64,000 bases of DNA from Candidatus Latescibacterota bacterium (GCA_965248355.1 OZ252098.1:5439662-5503661), one strand, 5' to 3'. Numbered from the stretch's first letter, positions 1 through 10,325 are shown. Made by a program: numbers and translations. Notes: generated from the letters alone by a model not told the origin.

Positions 1-1
1 C

Positions 2-2137
2 ATCGAGGAGATGAGCGGCGCCCGCCTGCCTCTCCTCGACCGGACCGCCGACCTCGAGCAGGCCCTGGCCGAACCGTCCCCCCTCCTCCTGGTGGGCCGG
101 GCCGCCCTCGAGGCCGATCCGTCCCTGGGCCCCAGGCTGCGGGCCCTCCGGAACCCCGACCCCGTCCTGCGCGGCGACGCCATCGTCGCGCAGCGCCGGG
201 GGCAGCGCCTCTACCTGGCCGGCACCAACGACGAGTCCCACTACTACGCCGCCGTGGAGCTGCTGCGGCGCTGGGGCTGCCGCTGGTACCTGCCCACCGA
301 CTTCGGCGCCACCATCCCCCGGCAGGCGACGCTGACCGTGGACAGCCTCGACGTGGCCCATGCCCCGCCCTTCGAGGTGCGCCGCTACTGGCTCTCCTGG
401 AACGGCGACAGCAGCGGCCGGGAAGAGTTCATGCGGCGCAACCGCCTCAACGACCTGTCGGTGCCGGCCGGCCACGCCCTCGGCCATTACGTGGAGGACC
501 TGGTGGGCGCGGACTCCTCGGCCATGTCGATCTGCCTCTCCGACCCGGCCACCGCCCGCCACGTGGCCGCCCAGGTGATGGAGCGCTTCGCCGAAGGCGC
601 CCCGGCCGTTTCCCTGGGCATGGACGACGGGCTCTACGACCTCGCCTGCGCCTCCGACGCGGAGCTGGCCGCCGGCCTGTGGGACAAGAACTTCATGTCC
701 CCGGCCCTCACCGATCCCTTCATGGCCCTCTACAACGGCGTGGCCGAGCTGACCCAGGCCCGTTTCCCCGGCCGCCGCATCGGCTTCCTGGCCTACTCCA
801 ACATCACCCTGCCGCCCCAGCGCCGCATCGTCGCCGCCGAGCCCCTGGTGGCCTACCTGGCGCCCATCGACGTCTGCCCCATCCACGGCATGGACGATCC
901 CCGCTGCCCGCCCAGCCACGAGTACCGCGACGTCATGTACCGCTGGGCCGAGACGATGCAGGGCCGCCTCATCATCTACGACTACGACCAGGGCATGCTG
1001 GTCTGGCGCGACATCCCCAGCCCCTCCATCCAGGCCGTCCGCCAGGACGTCCGGCACTACCGCGACGCCGGAATCCTCGGGGTCGACACCGAGAGCCGGG
1101 GGGCCATGGCCACGACCTTCCTCAACCTCTATCTGCGGGCCCTCCTCTACTGGGATCCCGACGCCGACGTGGAGGCCGAGCTGCAGGCGTTCCACGCCCG
1201 CTTCTGGGGACCGGCGGCGGCCCCCATGCGCGCCTACTGGCGGGCCATCCACCGGGCCTGGGAGCGCACCCCCTCCCACGAGCACGAGTTCATGCTCGTG
1301 CCCACGGTGTACACGCCGGAGCTGGTGCGCGGCCTGGCCGGTCACGTGGAGTCGGCGAGGGCCCTGGTGGCCGGCCGGCCTCCGGGGGATCTATTCGCGC
1401 GCAGGGTGCGCTTCGTCGAGGCCGGGTACGGCGTCCTGCAGGCCTACGTGGAGATGGTGGACTTGGGCGCCACCGGGGCCGACTACGGGGCCGCGGTGCG
1501 CGCCGGCGAGCGCGGCCTGGCCTGGCGCGACTCCCTGACCCGCATGAGCCCCACCTTCACCACCACCCGCCTGGAGCGGGGGGACGCCTGGTGGCCGGGC
1601 GAGGTGCAGCAGTACCGGGACCTGCTCGCCCTCACCGACGGCCCCGCCGGGCGCCTGGTGGAGAGGCTGCCCCTGACCTGGAGCTTCCGCACCGACCCCC
1701 ACGACGCCGGCCTGCACCAGGGCTGGGGCCGGCCGGAGCTGGACCTGGCGGCCTGGCGGCCCCTGCGCACGGATCTCTACATGGAAGTCCAGGGGGTCGC
1801 GGCTGACGGCGGGGGGGAGTACAACGGCTTCGTCTGGTACCGCACCGAGGTCGAGGTGAGCGCCGCCGACGCGGAGCGGGCCCTCCACGTCCACTTCCCC
1901 GGCCTCTTCGGCAAGGCCTGGCTCTACGTCGACGGGTACCTGGCCGGCCACCGGGACTGGCGCCCCATGTACTGGCACAACGACTACCGCTTCGACTGGG
2001 ACGTGGACCTCACCGGGCTGCTCGCCCCCGGCACCCGCACGCTGGCCCTGCGCCTGCACAACGAGCACCACATGGGCGGCCTCTGGCGGCGCCCCTTCCT
2101 CTACGCCGCCGAGCCGGGGGCTCCGCCGGCCCGGTAG
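2..2137 (+). CDS. DUF4838-like putative carbohydrate-active protein with C-terminal sugar-binding jelly-roll (5' partial)
   Basis: Frame is open from the window start (IEEMSGARLP). GCRWYLP..G, GFLAY and FWGPAAAPMRAYW motifs; C-terminal WSFRTDP...GFVWYR...GGLWRRPFL resembles a GH2-type sugar-binding domain. Confidence 0.65.
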   Translation: MEEMSGARLPLLDRTADLEQALAEPSPLLLVGRAALEADPSLGPRLRALRNPDPVLRGDAIVAQRRGQRLYLAGTNDESHYYAAVELLRRWGCRWYLPTDFGATIPRQATLTVDSLDVAHAPPFEVRRYWLSWNGDSSGREEFMRRNRLNDLSVPAGHALGHYVEDLVGADSSAMSICLSDPATARHVAAQVMERFAEGAPAVSLGMDDGLYDLACASDAELAAGLWDKNFMSPALTDPFMALYNGVAELTQARFPGRRIGFLAYSNITLPPQRRIVAAEPLVAYLAPIDVCPIHGMDDPRCPPSHEYRDVMYRWAETMQGRLIIYDYDQGMLVWRDIPSPSIQAVRQDVRHYRDAGILGVDTESRGAMATTFLNLYLRALLYWDPDADVEAELQAFHARFWGPAAAPMRAYWRAIHRAWERTPSHEHEFMLVPTVYTPELVRGLAGHVESARALVAGRPPGDLFARRVRFVEAGYGVLQAYVEMVDLGATGADYGAAVRAGERGLAWRDSLTRMSPTFTTTRLERGDAWWPGEVQQYRDLLALTDGPAGRLVERLPLTWSFRTDPHDAGLHQGWGRPELDLAAWRPLRTDLYMEVQGVAADGGGEYNGFVWYRTEVEVSAADAERALHVHFPGLFGKAWLYVDGYLAGHRDWRPMYWHNDYRFDWDVDLTGLLAPGTRTLALRLHNEHHMGGLWRRPFLYAAEPGAPPAR

Positions 2138-2156
2138 CCACGCGGGACCGCCCGGC

Positions 2157-4100
2157 TCAGCCGGCGCCGGAGTCCCCGGCCAGCCGCTCCCAGCGGGCCG
2201 TGAGATCGGCGACGCGGCGCTCCAGGCGGGAGCGCTCGTCCTGCAGCTGGCGCACCTGCTCCGGCGGGGTCCGGTCGTAGAAGCCGGGCTCGCAGAGGGA
2301 GGCGTCGATCTCGCCCAGGCGGGACTCGGCCGACTCCACGCGGCCAAGCAGCCCGGCCAGCTTCTCCTCCCGCTGCTCGGCCCGGCGCCCGTCCCGCCCT
2401 TCGCCTCCCGCCGCGGGGGACCGCCGCCGGCCGTTGCCGCCGGCGCCGGGTTCGGCCTTCCGCCGCCGCTGACTGCGCGCCTTCAGGACCACCTGGTCGG
2501 CGTCGAGGTGGTCGTCGCCGCAGTAGCGCACGTACTCCTCGTAGGGGCCCTGGAAGTCGCGGATGTCGCCGGCGCGGATCTCGACGATGCGGGTCGCCAG
2601 GCGGCTGACGAGCCAGCGGTCGTGGGAGACGAGGACGATGGTGCCGCCGAAGGTCTGCAGACCCTCGACGAGGGCGTGGATCGACTCCAGATCGAGGTGG
2701 TTCGTGGGCTCGTCGAGGACCAGCACGTTGGGCTGATCCATGGCCAGCCGGCAGAACACGAGGCGCGTCGCCTCGCCGCCCGACAGGTCCCGCAGGCGCT
2801 TCTTCACGTCGTCGCCGGAGAACAGCACGAGACCCAGGTGGCCGCGCACGAAGCCGATGGACTGGTCGGGACAGCTCTCCCACGCCCAGGTCTCGGCGGT
2901 GCCGTTCGGCTGGAAGCGCTCGCGGTGGTCCTGGGCGAAGTAGCCGGGGCGGGTCTCGTGGCCCCACTCCACGCTGCCGGTGTCGGCCTCCAGCTCGCCC
3001 ATGACGATCTTGAGCAGCGTCGACTTGCCGATGCCGTTGGCGCCCATGATCGCCAGCCGGTCGCCGCGCTGCACGGACAGGTCGACGCCGTGGAGGACCT
3101 CGTTGTCGCCGAAGGCCTTCTTCACCCCCTTCAAGGTGAGCACCTGGCGGCCGCTGTCGCGGCGCCGGGCGAGCTTGAAGGTGGGGTAGCGCCGCGAGCT
3201 GGGGGGCAGCTCCTCCATGCCCTCGGCCATCTTCTCGATCATGCGCTGCTTGCTCACCGCCTGGCGCGCCTTCGTCGCCTTGGCGCGGAAGCGGTCGACG
3301 AACTGCTGGTGATGGGCGATCTCCCGCTCCCGGTTGGCGATCTCCTTCTCCCGCCGCTCGCGCTCGCCGCCCTTGGCCTTCAGGAAGGCGGTGTAGTCCC
3401 CGCTGTAGAGCTGCACCGTCTCGTAGTCCACGTCGAGGATGCGGGTCGCCACGTTGTCCAGGAACCGGTGGTCGTGGGAGATGACCACCAGCGTCCCGGG
3501 GAAGTCGCGCAGCCAGGTCTCCAGCCAGCGGATGGCCAGGATGTCCAGGTGGTTGGTGGGCTCGTCCAACAGCAGGGCGTCGGGCTCGCCGGCCAGCACC
3601 TGGGCCAGGAGCACACGGAGCTTGAAGCCGCCCGACAGCGTCGACAGGGGATCGTGGTGCACCCGCGCCGGCAGGCCCAGACCCTCGAGGATGGCCGCCG
3701 CCCGGGCCTCCGCCGTGTACCCGTCGAGGCGCTCGATCTGGGTCTCGAGGTGGGCGAAGCGGTCGGCGTCGAAGGACTCGCCGGCCCGCGCCAGCAGGGC
3801 CTCCTTCTCCGTCAGGACCCGCCACAGCTCGCGGTGACCCATGAGGGTCACGTGGAGAATGGAGTGCTCCTCGTAGAGGAACTGGTCCTGGCTCAGCACG
3901 CCCACGCGGGTCCGTTTCGGCAGGCTCACCTCGCCGGCGCTGGCCTCCAGTTCTCCGGCGAGGATGTTCAGCAGCGTCGTCTTGCCGGAGCCGTTGGCGC
4001 CCACCAGGCCGTAGCGCTCCCCGGCGTTGAGCATGAGGGAGACGCCGGCGAAGAGGGTGTGGTCGCCGTAGACCTTGGCCAGGTTGGAGACGGAGATCAT
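2157..4100 (-). CDS. ABC-F family ATP-binding protein
   Basis: Two ABC domains (GANGSGKT, LSGG, LLLDEPTNHLD; GANGIGKS, LSGGE, LVLDEPTNHLD), no TM segments, C-terminal coiled coil. Start set at MISVSNL. Confidence 0.92.
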   Translation of the reverse strand: MISVSNLAKVYGDHTLFAGVSLMLNAGERYGLVGANGSGKTTLLNILAGELEASAGEVSLPKRTRVGVLSQDQFLYEEHSILHVTLMGHRELWRVLTEKEALLARAGESFDADRFAHLETQIERLDGYTAEARAAAILEGLGLPARVHHDPLSTLSGGFKLRVLLAQVLAGEPDALLLDEPTNHLDILAIRWLETWLRDFPGTLVVISHDHRFLDNVATRILDVDYETVQLYSGDYTAFLKAKGGERERREKEIANREREIAHHQQFVDRFRAKATKARQAVSKQRMIEKMAEGMEELPPSSRRYPTFKLARRRDSGRQVLTLKGVKKAFGDNEVLHGVDLSVQRGDRLAIMGANGIGKSTLLKIVMGELEADTGSVEWGHETRPGYFAQDHRERFQPNGTAETWAWESCPDQSIGFVRGHLGLVLFSGDDVKKRLRDLSGGEATRLVFCRLAMDQPNVLVLDEPTNHLDLESIHALVEGLQTFGGTIVLVSHDRWLVSRLATRIVEIRAGDIRDFQGPYEEYVRYCGDDHLDADQVVLKARSQRRRKAEPGAGGNGRRRSPAAGGEGRDGRRAEQREEKLAGLLGRVESAESRLGEIDASLCEPGFYDRTPPEQVRQLQDERSRLERRVADLTARWERLAGDSGAG

Positions 4101-4179
4101 GAAGGGGAAACTAAGGGATGGGCCGAACAGTGGAACCCCCGCGCCCGGCCTGCGGCGGCCGGGAGCGGCCCCTGGAACC

Positions 4180-5661
4180 TCAGCCCGCAGCCGCGGCGTT
4201 GCGGTTGTGGATGGCGAACAACTCCGCGCCCTGCAGCTCCACCTCGAGGGTGATCCACCGGCCGTGGAGGCCGGCCACCGATTCCCGGTCCCGCCAGCGC
4301 AGGGGATGGCCCAGGTGGTCCCCGCGGATGGCCTCCATGTCCTCGGGCCCGTACCCGGCCAGGGGGGCTCCGCCCTCGTCGAGCAGGCCGACGCGGCAGG
4401 AGCCACCGGTTGCGTCGACGTTCACCAGCAGGTCGGGGTGGTCGATGCGCAGGGGCCGCGTGCGGATGATCCCGCCCTCGCCCTCGGCGCGCATCCCGGC
4501 GAACCCGTCCTGCCGCAGCGTCGCCAGGCACAGGCCGGTGGGTTTCTCGGAGCCGGGGGGCAACTCCCGCCTCGGCGCCGGCGAGTGGTAGTGGGCGCCG
4601 GAGGTGTAGTAGAAGTGGAGCCGTCCCTCCCGCAGGACCGGCGCCGAGGGGAGGATGGCCATGCGGCCGCTGTCCCAGGCGGTGCCCTCGCCCCGGGGCA
4701 CGATGCACCGCGCCTCGGGGGGCCGGAGCCACTCCTCGCCGTCGCGGGAGCAGGCCAGGTCCAGGTCCATGGACCAGTCGTCGAGGGCGTGCAGGATCTG
4801 CGCGAAGCCCAGGTACATGTCGTCGTACACGAAGCCGTTGTTCATGTAGACCTGGTCCCGGGGCCGGTCGTGCTCGTCGATGGGCAGGATCGGCACGTGG
4901 GGTGACCAGGAGGCGAAGTCGGGGCTCCAGCAGGTGTGCCGCAGGCGCACCCAGGTGCCGGGCTCGCCGTGGAGCATCTTGCCGCTGGCCCAGCGGTTGT
5001 CCCAGTAGAGGCGTTTGCCGAAGAGCCGGTAGCCGCCGCGCAGGGTGTCCAGCATCCAGGTGTAGGTGTCGCCGAAGCCGTCGGCGTGGGTGTGCACGAG
5101 CCGCTCCCGCGCCGGCCAGTGGATGCCGTCGGGGGAGGCGCTGGTGTAGAGGCCCGTCGGGTACGGCGTGTCCTTCGACTCGTAGAGCCGCTTCCCCGTC
5201 TCCGGGTCGTGGTCCCGGTTGTAGCGCCACAGGGCCATCTTGTAGCGGGCCGAGGGGTCCGGGTCGAGGGGGTCGCGGGAGATGCAGGGCCCGGTCAGCT
5301 CGTGGGGGCCGGGGTAGACGCCGGAGTAGGGGTAGTTGACGACGCAGATGTTGTTGTCGCGGCTGCCGCGGAACTCGAACAGCCCCAGGGGCGGCGTCTC
5401 CCAGTGGACGCCGTCGTCGGAGCGCGCCTGGCAGATGAAGCGGGCGTCGGTGACGCTCTCCGGATCGACCGGCCGCGTGGAGTACCAGAGGACGAACTCT
5501 CGGGTGGCCGGGTCGATCTCGAAGCCGCCGTGGTTGGCCAGCGTCGAGCCCCACGGATCGGTGAAGACCTTCACCGGGTTGTCCGGGTGCTTGCTCAGCC
5601 GGTGGAACCGCCGGACGACGCCGCGGCTGGAGTGGATGTGGTGATCGTCGATGAAGAGCAT
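4180..5661 (-). CDS. Hypothetical GH32/GH43-like beta-propeller protein
   Basis: LFIDD N-terminus, Asp-box-like SDDGVHW, SPDGIHW and SRDGEEW, and LATLRQDGF before a beta-sandwich. Confidence 0.6.
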   Translation of the reverse strand: MLFIDDHHIHSSRGVVRRFHRLSKHPDNPVKVFTDPWGSTLANHGGFEIDPATREFVLWYSTRPVDPESVTDARFICQARSDDGVHWETPPLGLFEFRGSRDNNICVVNYPYSGVYPGPHELTGPCISRDPLDPDPSARYKMALWRYNRDHDPETGKRLYESKDTPYPTGLYTSASPDGIHWPARERLVHTHADGFGDTYTWMLDTLRGGYRLFGKRLYWDNRWASGKMLHGEPGTWVRLRHTCWSPDFASWSPHVPILPIDEHDRPRDQVYMNNGFVYDDMYLGFAQILHALDDWSMDLDLACSRDGEEWLRPPEARCIVPRGEGTAWDSGRMAILPSAPVLREGRLHFYYTSGAHYHSPAPRRELPPGSEKPTGLCLATLRQDGFAGMRAEGEGGIIRTRPLRIDHPDLLVNVDATGGSCRVGLLDEGGAPLAGYGPEDMEAIRGDHLGHPLRWRDRESVAGLHGRWITLEVELQGAELFAIHNRNAAAAG

Positions 5662-5662
5662 G

Positions 5663-6571
5663 TCAGTCCATCCCCTTGATGCGCCCCCAGGAGGAAGGCT
5701 CCACGGCGGAACCGTCGTCGTAGAGGGATGGATCCTCTCCGGCGCCGATCAGCAGGCCATCGACGAAGAAGCCGGCGTGACTGCCTCCCAGCCACGACCC
5801 GCCCACCACCCACCCATCCTTCGACCGGGGATTGTCAATGTCGTAAGTGAATATCGAGAACCCGATGGTCTTGCCAGGGTAGAGCTGCGAGGCCTCGGAG
5901 GCGTCCTCGTCATTGTAGATGAGGTCGTCGAAGGGGGTCACCATGATCTCGGTGACCGTGAGCGCCGGGCTCTCGCCGGTGACGCCGCCCCCCGAGGCGG
6001 CGTACGGCTTCCTGGCCACCCACTCGCTGGCACCGAAATGGTACAGATGTCCGGCGGGTTCGGCGATCGTCATCCACTGCTGCGCCTGACGGTTGTCCTC
6101 CAGAACTTGCTCGGCCGTACACTCCGCGCAGTCGAGCCCGAGCCGGTAGTCGTATCTCCCACCGGTGTGGTCGCCGTCGACCATGAAGCGGATGTTGGAA
6201 TCCCAGACAAACATCTCCCAGAGCTTGTCCCCGTCGTAGAGGTTGAAGTAGAGATCATCGAAGCGCTCCATGGCAACCCAGAGGGTACTGCTGCCCTGGT
6301 GCCACGCGAGCCAGATGCGGAAGTCCACGTCCGCTGGATCGTATGCCACTTCTCCCCAGTACCCCCAGTAGAAGTCGAGGGCCGTCAGCGAGGGCTCGCC
6401 GACGACCTCGAGCCAGTCGTCGACGCTGCCGTCGGTCAGGTCGATGCGGCCCAGGTCCTCGTCGAGGATTTCGAAGAAGGGGTAGATCTCGTCGCCGATG
6501 TGGGCGTGGGCGCCGGGGGCGTGGCCCAGGAGCGCGGCGAGGGTCAGCAGGGAGATGAGACGAGTGTGCAT
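5663..6571 (-). CDS. Secreted protein, possible CBM9-like fold, with C-terminal AVEPSSWGRIK motif
   Basis: GGAGGAGG RBS; signal peptide MHTRLISLLTLAALLGHAPGAHA; acidic and aromatic body. Confidence 0.7.
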   Translation of the reverse strand: MHTRLISLLTLAALLGHAPGAHAHIGDEIYPFFEILDEDLGRIDLTDGSVDDWLEVVGEPSLTALDFYWGYWGEVAYDPADVDFRIWLAWHQGSSTLWVAMERFDDLYFNLYDGDKLWEMFVWDSNIRFMVDGDHTGGRYDYRLGLDCAECTAEQVLEDNRQAQQWMTIAEPAGHLYHFGASEWVARKPYAASGGGVTGESPALTVTEIMVTPFDDLIYNDEDASEASQLYPGKTIGFSIFTYDIDNPRSKDGWVVGGSWLGGSHAGFFVDGLLIGAGEDPSLYDDGSAVEPSSWGRIKGMD

Positions 6572-6628
6572 GAGATCCTCCTCCTTTGATGGTTCCCATG
6601 GTACGGCCCGTTCACCACATTTACAAGG

Positions 6629-7351
6629 ATGATGACACACCCCCATGAAGCCCTTCGGGACACGCTCTTCGTGGGCGACGTCCACGGCTGCGCAGGCGAG
6701 CTCGAGGAGTTGCTGCATCGCGCCGGCTACTCGCCGCCGGCGCACCGCCTCCTGCTCACGGGCGACGCCTTCAGCCGCGGCCCGGAGCCGCTGCGCGTCT
6801 GGGAGATCCTGCGCGACACCGGCGCCGAGATGGTCCTCGGCAACCACGACGACCGCCTGCTGAGGCAGCTGCGCGTGCACCGCGCCGGCGGCGAGGTCCG
6901 CTTCCGGCGGCCGGATCAGCGCCGCACCTTCGAGGCCCTGCGGCCCGTCCACGACGAGCTGCTGCCGTGGCTGGAGCGGACCCCGCTGTCCATCGAGGGC
7001 GAGGGGTTCCTCCTCGTCCACGCCGGTATCCACCCTCGGCGGGGCCGCGGCGGTACCTCGCGGGAGGAGTTCCTCGCCATCCGCACCTGGCCGCCCAACG
7101 GCGGCATCGACGGACCGCGGTGGCACGACGTGATCGAGCCCCTTCCCGGCCGCGTGATGGTCTTCGGCCACGACGCGCCGGGGGGCCTCGTGGTCAAGCG
7201 GCGGGACCCGGGAGAGGGCGGACGTCCGTGGGCGGTGGGGCTGGACTCGGGATGCGTGTACGGGGGAAGGTTGAGCGCCTGGGTCCTGGAGCGGGACGAG
7301 CTGATCCAGATCGACAGCCGTCAGGACGGCGAGAGCTGGCGGTCGGGCTGA
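6629..7351 (+). CDS. Metallophosphoesterase (ApaH/PrpE-like)
   Basis: GDVHG, GDAFSRGP, GNHD, VHAG, FGH and GLDSGCVYGGRL motifs. Confidence 0.9.
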   Translation: MMTHPHEALRDTLFVGDVHGCAGELEELLHRAGYSPPAHRLLLTGDAFSRGPEPLRVWEILRDTGAEMVLGNHDDRLLRQLRVHRAGGEVRFRRPDQRRTFEALRPVHDELLPWLERTPLSIEGEGFLLVHAGIHPRRGRGGTSREEFLAIRTWPPNGGIDGPRWHDVIEPLPGRVMVFGHDAPGGLVVKRRDPGEGGRPWAVGLDSGCVYGGRLSAWVLERDELIQIDSRQDGESWRSG

Positions 7352-8046
7352 CGGGCCCGGCGCACCAGGTCCTCGAAGAGCTTCTCCCACGCAGTGCCCG
7401 CCATCCTCTCGGGGTGGAACTGGACCCCCATGAGGCCGCCGTCGTCGCTCTCCACACCTTCGATCAGGCCGTCGGGGCTGCGGGCGTTCACCCGCAGGCC
7501 GCGGCCGAGCTGCTCCACGGCCTGCACGTGATCGCTGTTGACGCGCCGCGCGCCGGCGGCCAGCTCCGCCAGGCGGGACCCGGCCGCCACCTCCACGTCG
7601 TGGAACACCGGCCGCCCGTCGTTGCGCCCCGTCGAGTGGGGTCCGGCCCCGAGCTGGGCCTGGGCGTCGGCGTAGATGGTGCCGCCGAGGCGGGCGTTGA
7701 TGAACTGCATGCCGTAGCAGACGCCGAGGACCGGGCGGTCACGGCCGCGCGCCGCCTCGAAGGCCAGGGTATCGGTCTGGGTGCGCAACCGCGGCGTGGG
7801 CGGCAGGTCCTCGGGCAGGCTCCCCACAAGCCCGTCGGTGATGCCGGGGCCGCCGGTGATCACCAGGCCGTCCAGGATCCGGCACAGGGGCCGCAGGGTC
7901 TCGGGCGAGGCCGTCACGGGCACCACCACGGGACAGCCCCCGGCGCGCTCCACGGCCTCCACGTAGGCCCGGTCGAGCTGCTGGCGGCTCGTCCCCTTCT
8001 CGCCCGAGAGAGAGGTGGTGATCCCGATGAGAGGCCGCTCCGCCAA
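7321..8046 (-). CDS. Peptidase C26 / gamma-glutamyl-GABA hydrolase (PuuD-like)
   Basis: RPLIGIT, DGLVITGG, LGVCYGMQ, GVQFHPE; probable TTG start 2 nt after the upstream stop. Confidence 0.88.
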   Translation of the reverse strand: MAERPLIGITTSLSGEKGTSRQQLDRAYVEAVERAGGCPVVVPVTASPETLRPLCRILDGLVITGGPGITDGLVGSLPEDLPPTPRLRTQTDTLAFEAARGRDRPVLGVCYGMQFINARLGGTIYADAQAQLGAGPHSTGRNDGRPVFHDVEVAAGSRLAELAAGARRVNSDHVQAVEQLGRGLRVNARSPDGLIEGVESDDGGLMGVQFHPERMAGTAWEKLFEDLVRRARQPDRQLSPS

Positions 8047-8048
8047 GA

Positions 8049-9350
8049 TCAGACCCGGGCCCGCAGGCGGGCGAAGGTGATCTCGTCGTCCAGCTCGGTG
8101 AGGGCCATGAAGCTGTTCACGTCCCAGCGGCCGGGGTCGAGGCCTCGGACGGCGCGGGTGAGGAAGCCCTGCATGCGGTCCGACGAGGGCGCCAGCCCCC
8201 GCAGGGTCGCGTTGAGCGCCGCCACCTCCTGCTCGCCGCCCACCCGGCCCCCCAGCCAGGCGAGGACGGCCTCGTCGCCGGCGTGCTCCTCCAGTCCGGC
8301 GGCGAACTCCTCCTGGGAGAGACCGAGGTGCTCCAGCAGCCGGCGGTCGAAGCCGGAGTCCTCGCCGAACCAGTAGTTGCCCAGGAGGCCGGCGTTGTGG
8401 GCCCGTCCCTTGTCCACCATCCGCGCCAGGCAGTGGACGCCCCCCAGGCTCGTGTCGTAGGGGCTGCGGGGCGCCCGCCGGTTCAGGTCGACGAGGCCGA
8501 AGCAGGCCTGGTCGTCGATGTCCTGCAGCTCGAAGTAGGTGGTCACGTCCTTGCGCCCGGGGCAGATCTCGTCGCGGCGCTGGAGGAAGCGCTCCCTCCA
8601 CTCCGGGTGGGCCTCGCCGTGGCGGGTCAGGCGGGCGTTCAGGGCGGAGATCGCCCCCGGCCGGGGAGCCTCGACCCGCTCCAGGATCCACTCGCCCAGC
8701 TCGGTGTCGTTGGGGTTGCGCCAGGCTCCCTCCTCGAAGTCGGCCGCCGTGAGGCCGAGGAACTCCAGCAGGGTGCGGTCGAAGAAGGAGTCGCCGCCGT
8801 ACCGGTAGTCGCCCATGCGGCCGGCGCGGTGGGCCCGCGCCTTGTCGGCCATCCGCGCCGCCGCCACCAGGCCGAGGACGCTGCGCACGTACCCCGAGCG
8901 CGGGGGCCGCGCCGTCAGGTCCTGGTCGCGGAAGGCGCCCCAGTCGTCCAGCTCGATGGAGGCGTAGACGGTGGTGACGCCGGTGCTGCCCGGGGCGTAC
9001 TTCGCCACCCTCTCCTTCAGCAGCCGGCGGTGCAGGTCGTCCTGGGGCCGCCGCGTCGTCTGCTCCTCGTCAAAGGCCTCGATCTCCTCCGCCGTGCAGG
9101 ACATGCGGTCCCGCACCCAGTCGGCCAGCTCCGCGTCCCACAGAGTCTCGGCGGCGTCGGCGAAGTCGGCGGCGCTCACGCCGATGAGGGCGAGCACCTC
9201 CCGGTCGAGGCCGGAGTCCTCGCCGTACTTGAACTCGCCGATGAGCTCGGCCTTGTGGCCGCGGGCCTTGTCGGCCATGCGCGCCAGGCCGGCCATGCCG
9301 GCCATGCCGGTGTTGGAGGGGCGCCGGGGGGGTTGGCGTGTCAGGTCCAT
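8049..9350 (-). CDS. Protein with three tandem DUF5069-like domains
   Basis: Three copies of DLxxxxPR...ARMxDKxRxH...GxxxxGxDSxxDR. Confidence 0.75.
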   Translation of the reverse strand: MDLTRQPPRRPSNTGMAGMAGLARMADKARGHKAELIGEFKYGEDSGLDREVLALIGVSAADFADAAETLWDAELADWVRDRMSCTAEEIEAFDEEQTTRRPQDDLHRRLLKERVAKYAPGSTGVTTVYASIELDDWGAFRDQDLTARPPRSGYVRSVLGLVAAARMADKARAHRAGRMGDYRYGGDSFFDRTLLEFLGLTAADFEEGAWRNPNDTELGEWILERVEAPRPGAISALNARLTRHGEAHPEWRERFLQRRDEICPGRKDVTTYFELQDIDDQACFGLVDLNRRAPRSPYDTSLGGVHCLARMVDKGRAHNAGLLGNYWFGEDSGFDRRLLEHLGLSQEEFAAGLEEHAGDEAVLAWLGGRVGGEQEVAALNATLRGLAPSSDRMQGFLTRAVRGLDPGRWDVNSFMALTELDDEITFARLRARV

Positions 9351-9480
9351 GTCTGCTCGGTCTCCCGTTATGTCTGGTGAAGGGATGGCGAATCTAACCG
9401 GGCTCCCGCGGCCTCTCAAGAATCCCGCCTTGCCCGCCGCCTGGCCGCCGGGTACCATGACGCGCCCCGCGAGCCCCGCC

Positions 9481-10293
9481 ATGCCCGAGCTGCCCGAAGT
9501 CGAGACCGTCCGCCGCGCCATGGACGCCCACCTCGTGGGCCGCACCGTGACCGGCGCCTGGACCAGCGGCCTGCGCCTGCGCGAGCCCCTGTCCCGGCCC
9601 CGGGTGCGGTCCCTGGCCGGGGAGCGCTTCACCGGCGCCCGGCGGCGGGCCAAGTTCCTGCTGCTGGAACTCTCCTCCGGGCGCACGGTCCTCGTCCATC
9701 TCGGCATGACGGGGAACCTGGTCTTCCGCGGCGGCGACCGGCGCCTGCACGACCACGTCGTCCTCGCCCTCGACGAGGGCCCCCCCCTCGTCTACGCCGA
9801 CCCCCGGCGTTTCGGCCTCTTCCAGGTCCTGACCCCGCGGGAGCTGGAACGCAGCCGCTGGCTCCGCCACCTCGGCGTGGAGCCCCTCTCCGAGGCCTTC
9901 GACGCCGATTACCTGCGCCGCGCCGCCCGGGGCCGCAGCCGGCCGATCAAGAGCCTGCTCCTCGACGGCCGGATCGTGGCCGGCCTCGGCAACATCTACG
10001 CCTGCGAGGCTCTGTTCGGGGCGCGCATCCGTCCCACCACGCCGGCCGGCCGCATCGGTCCCCGGCGCGCCGGGCGCCTGGTGGAGGAGATCAAGATGGT
10101 CCTGCGGCGGGCCGTGGCGCGGGGGGGCACGACGATCAGCGACTACCTGGGCTCCGGGGCCGGGGGGCGCTTCCAGCAGGAGCTGGCCGTGTACGGGCGC
10201 GCCGGCGAGGGCTGCGTGGTCTGCGACCGGCCGCTGCGCAACCGCGCCATCGCCGGCCGCTCCACCTTCTACTGCACCCGCTGCCAGACATAG
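9481..10293 (+). CDS. mutM: Formamidopyrimidine-DNA glycosylase
   Basis: N-terminal MPELPEVE, HLGMTG, DPRRFG, GLGNIY and a C-terminal CxxC...CxxC zinc finger. Confidence 0.96.
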   Translation: MPELPEVETVRRAMDAHLVGRTVTGAWTSGLRLREPLSRPRVRSLAGERFTGARRRAKFLLLELSSGRTVLVHLGMTGNLVFRGGDRRLHDHVVLALDEGPPLVYADPRRFGLFQVLTPRELERSRWLRHLGVEPLSEAFDADYLRRAARGRSRPIKSLLLDGRIVAGLGNIYACEALFGARIRPTTPAGRIGPRRAGRLVEEIKMVLRRAVARGGTTISDYLGSGAGGRFQQELAVYGRAGEGCVVCDRPLRNRAIAGRSTFYCTRCQT

Positions 10294-10295
10294 AA

Positions 10296-10325
10296 ATGCC
10301 GCACCCCCGGCAAGGGGCGCGGCAT
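10296..10325. terminator. Hairpin between convergent mutM and clpP
   Basis: ATGCCGC-A-CCCC...GGGG-C-GCGGCAT inverted repeat; no clear U-tract. Confidence 0.5.
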
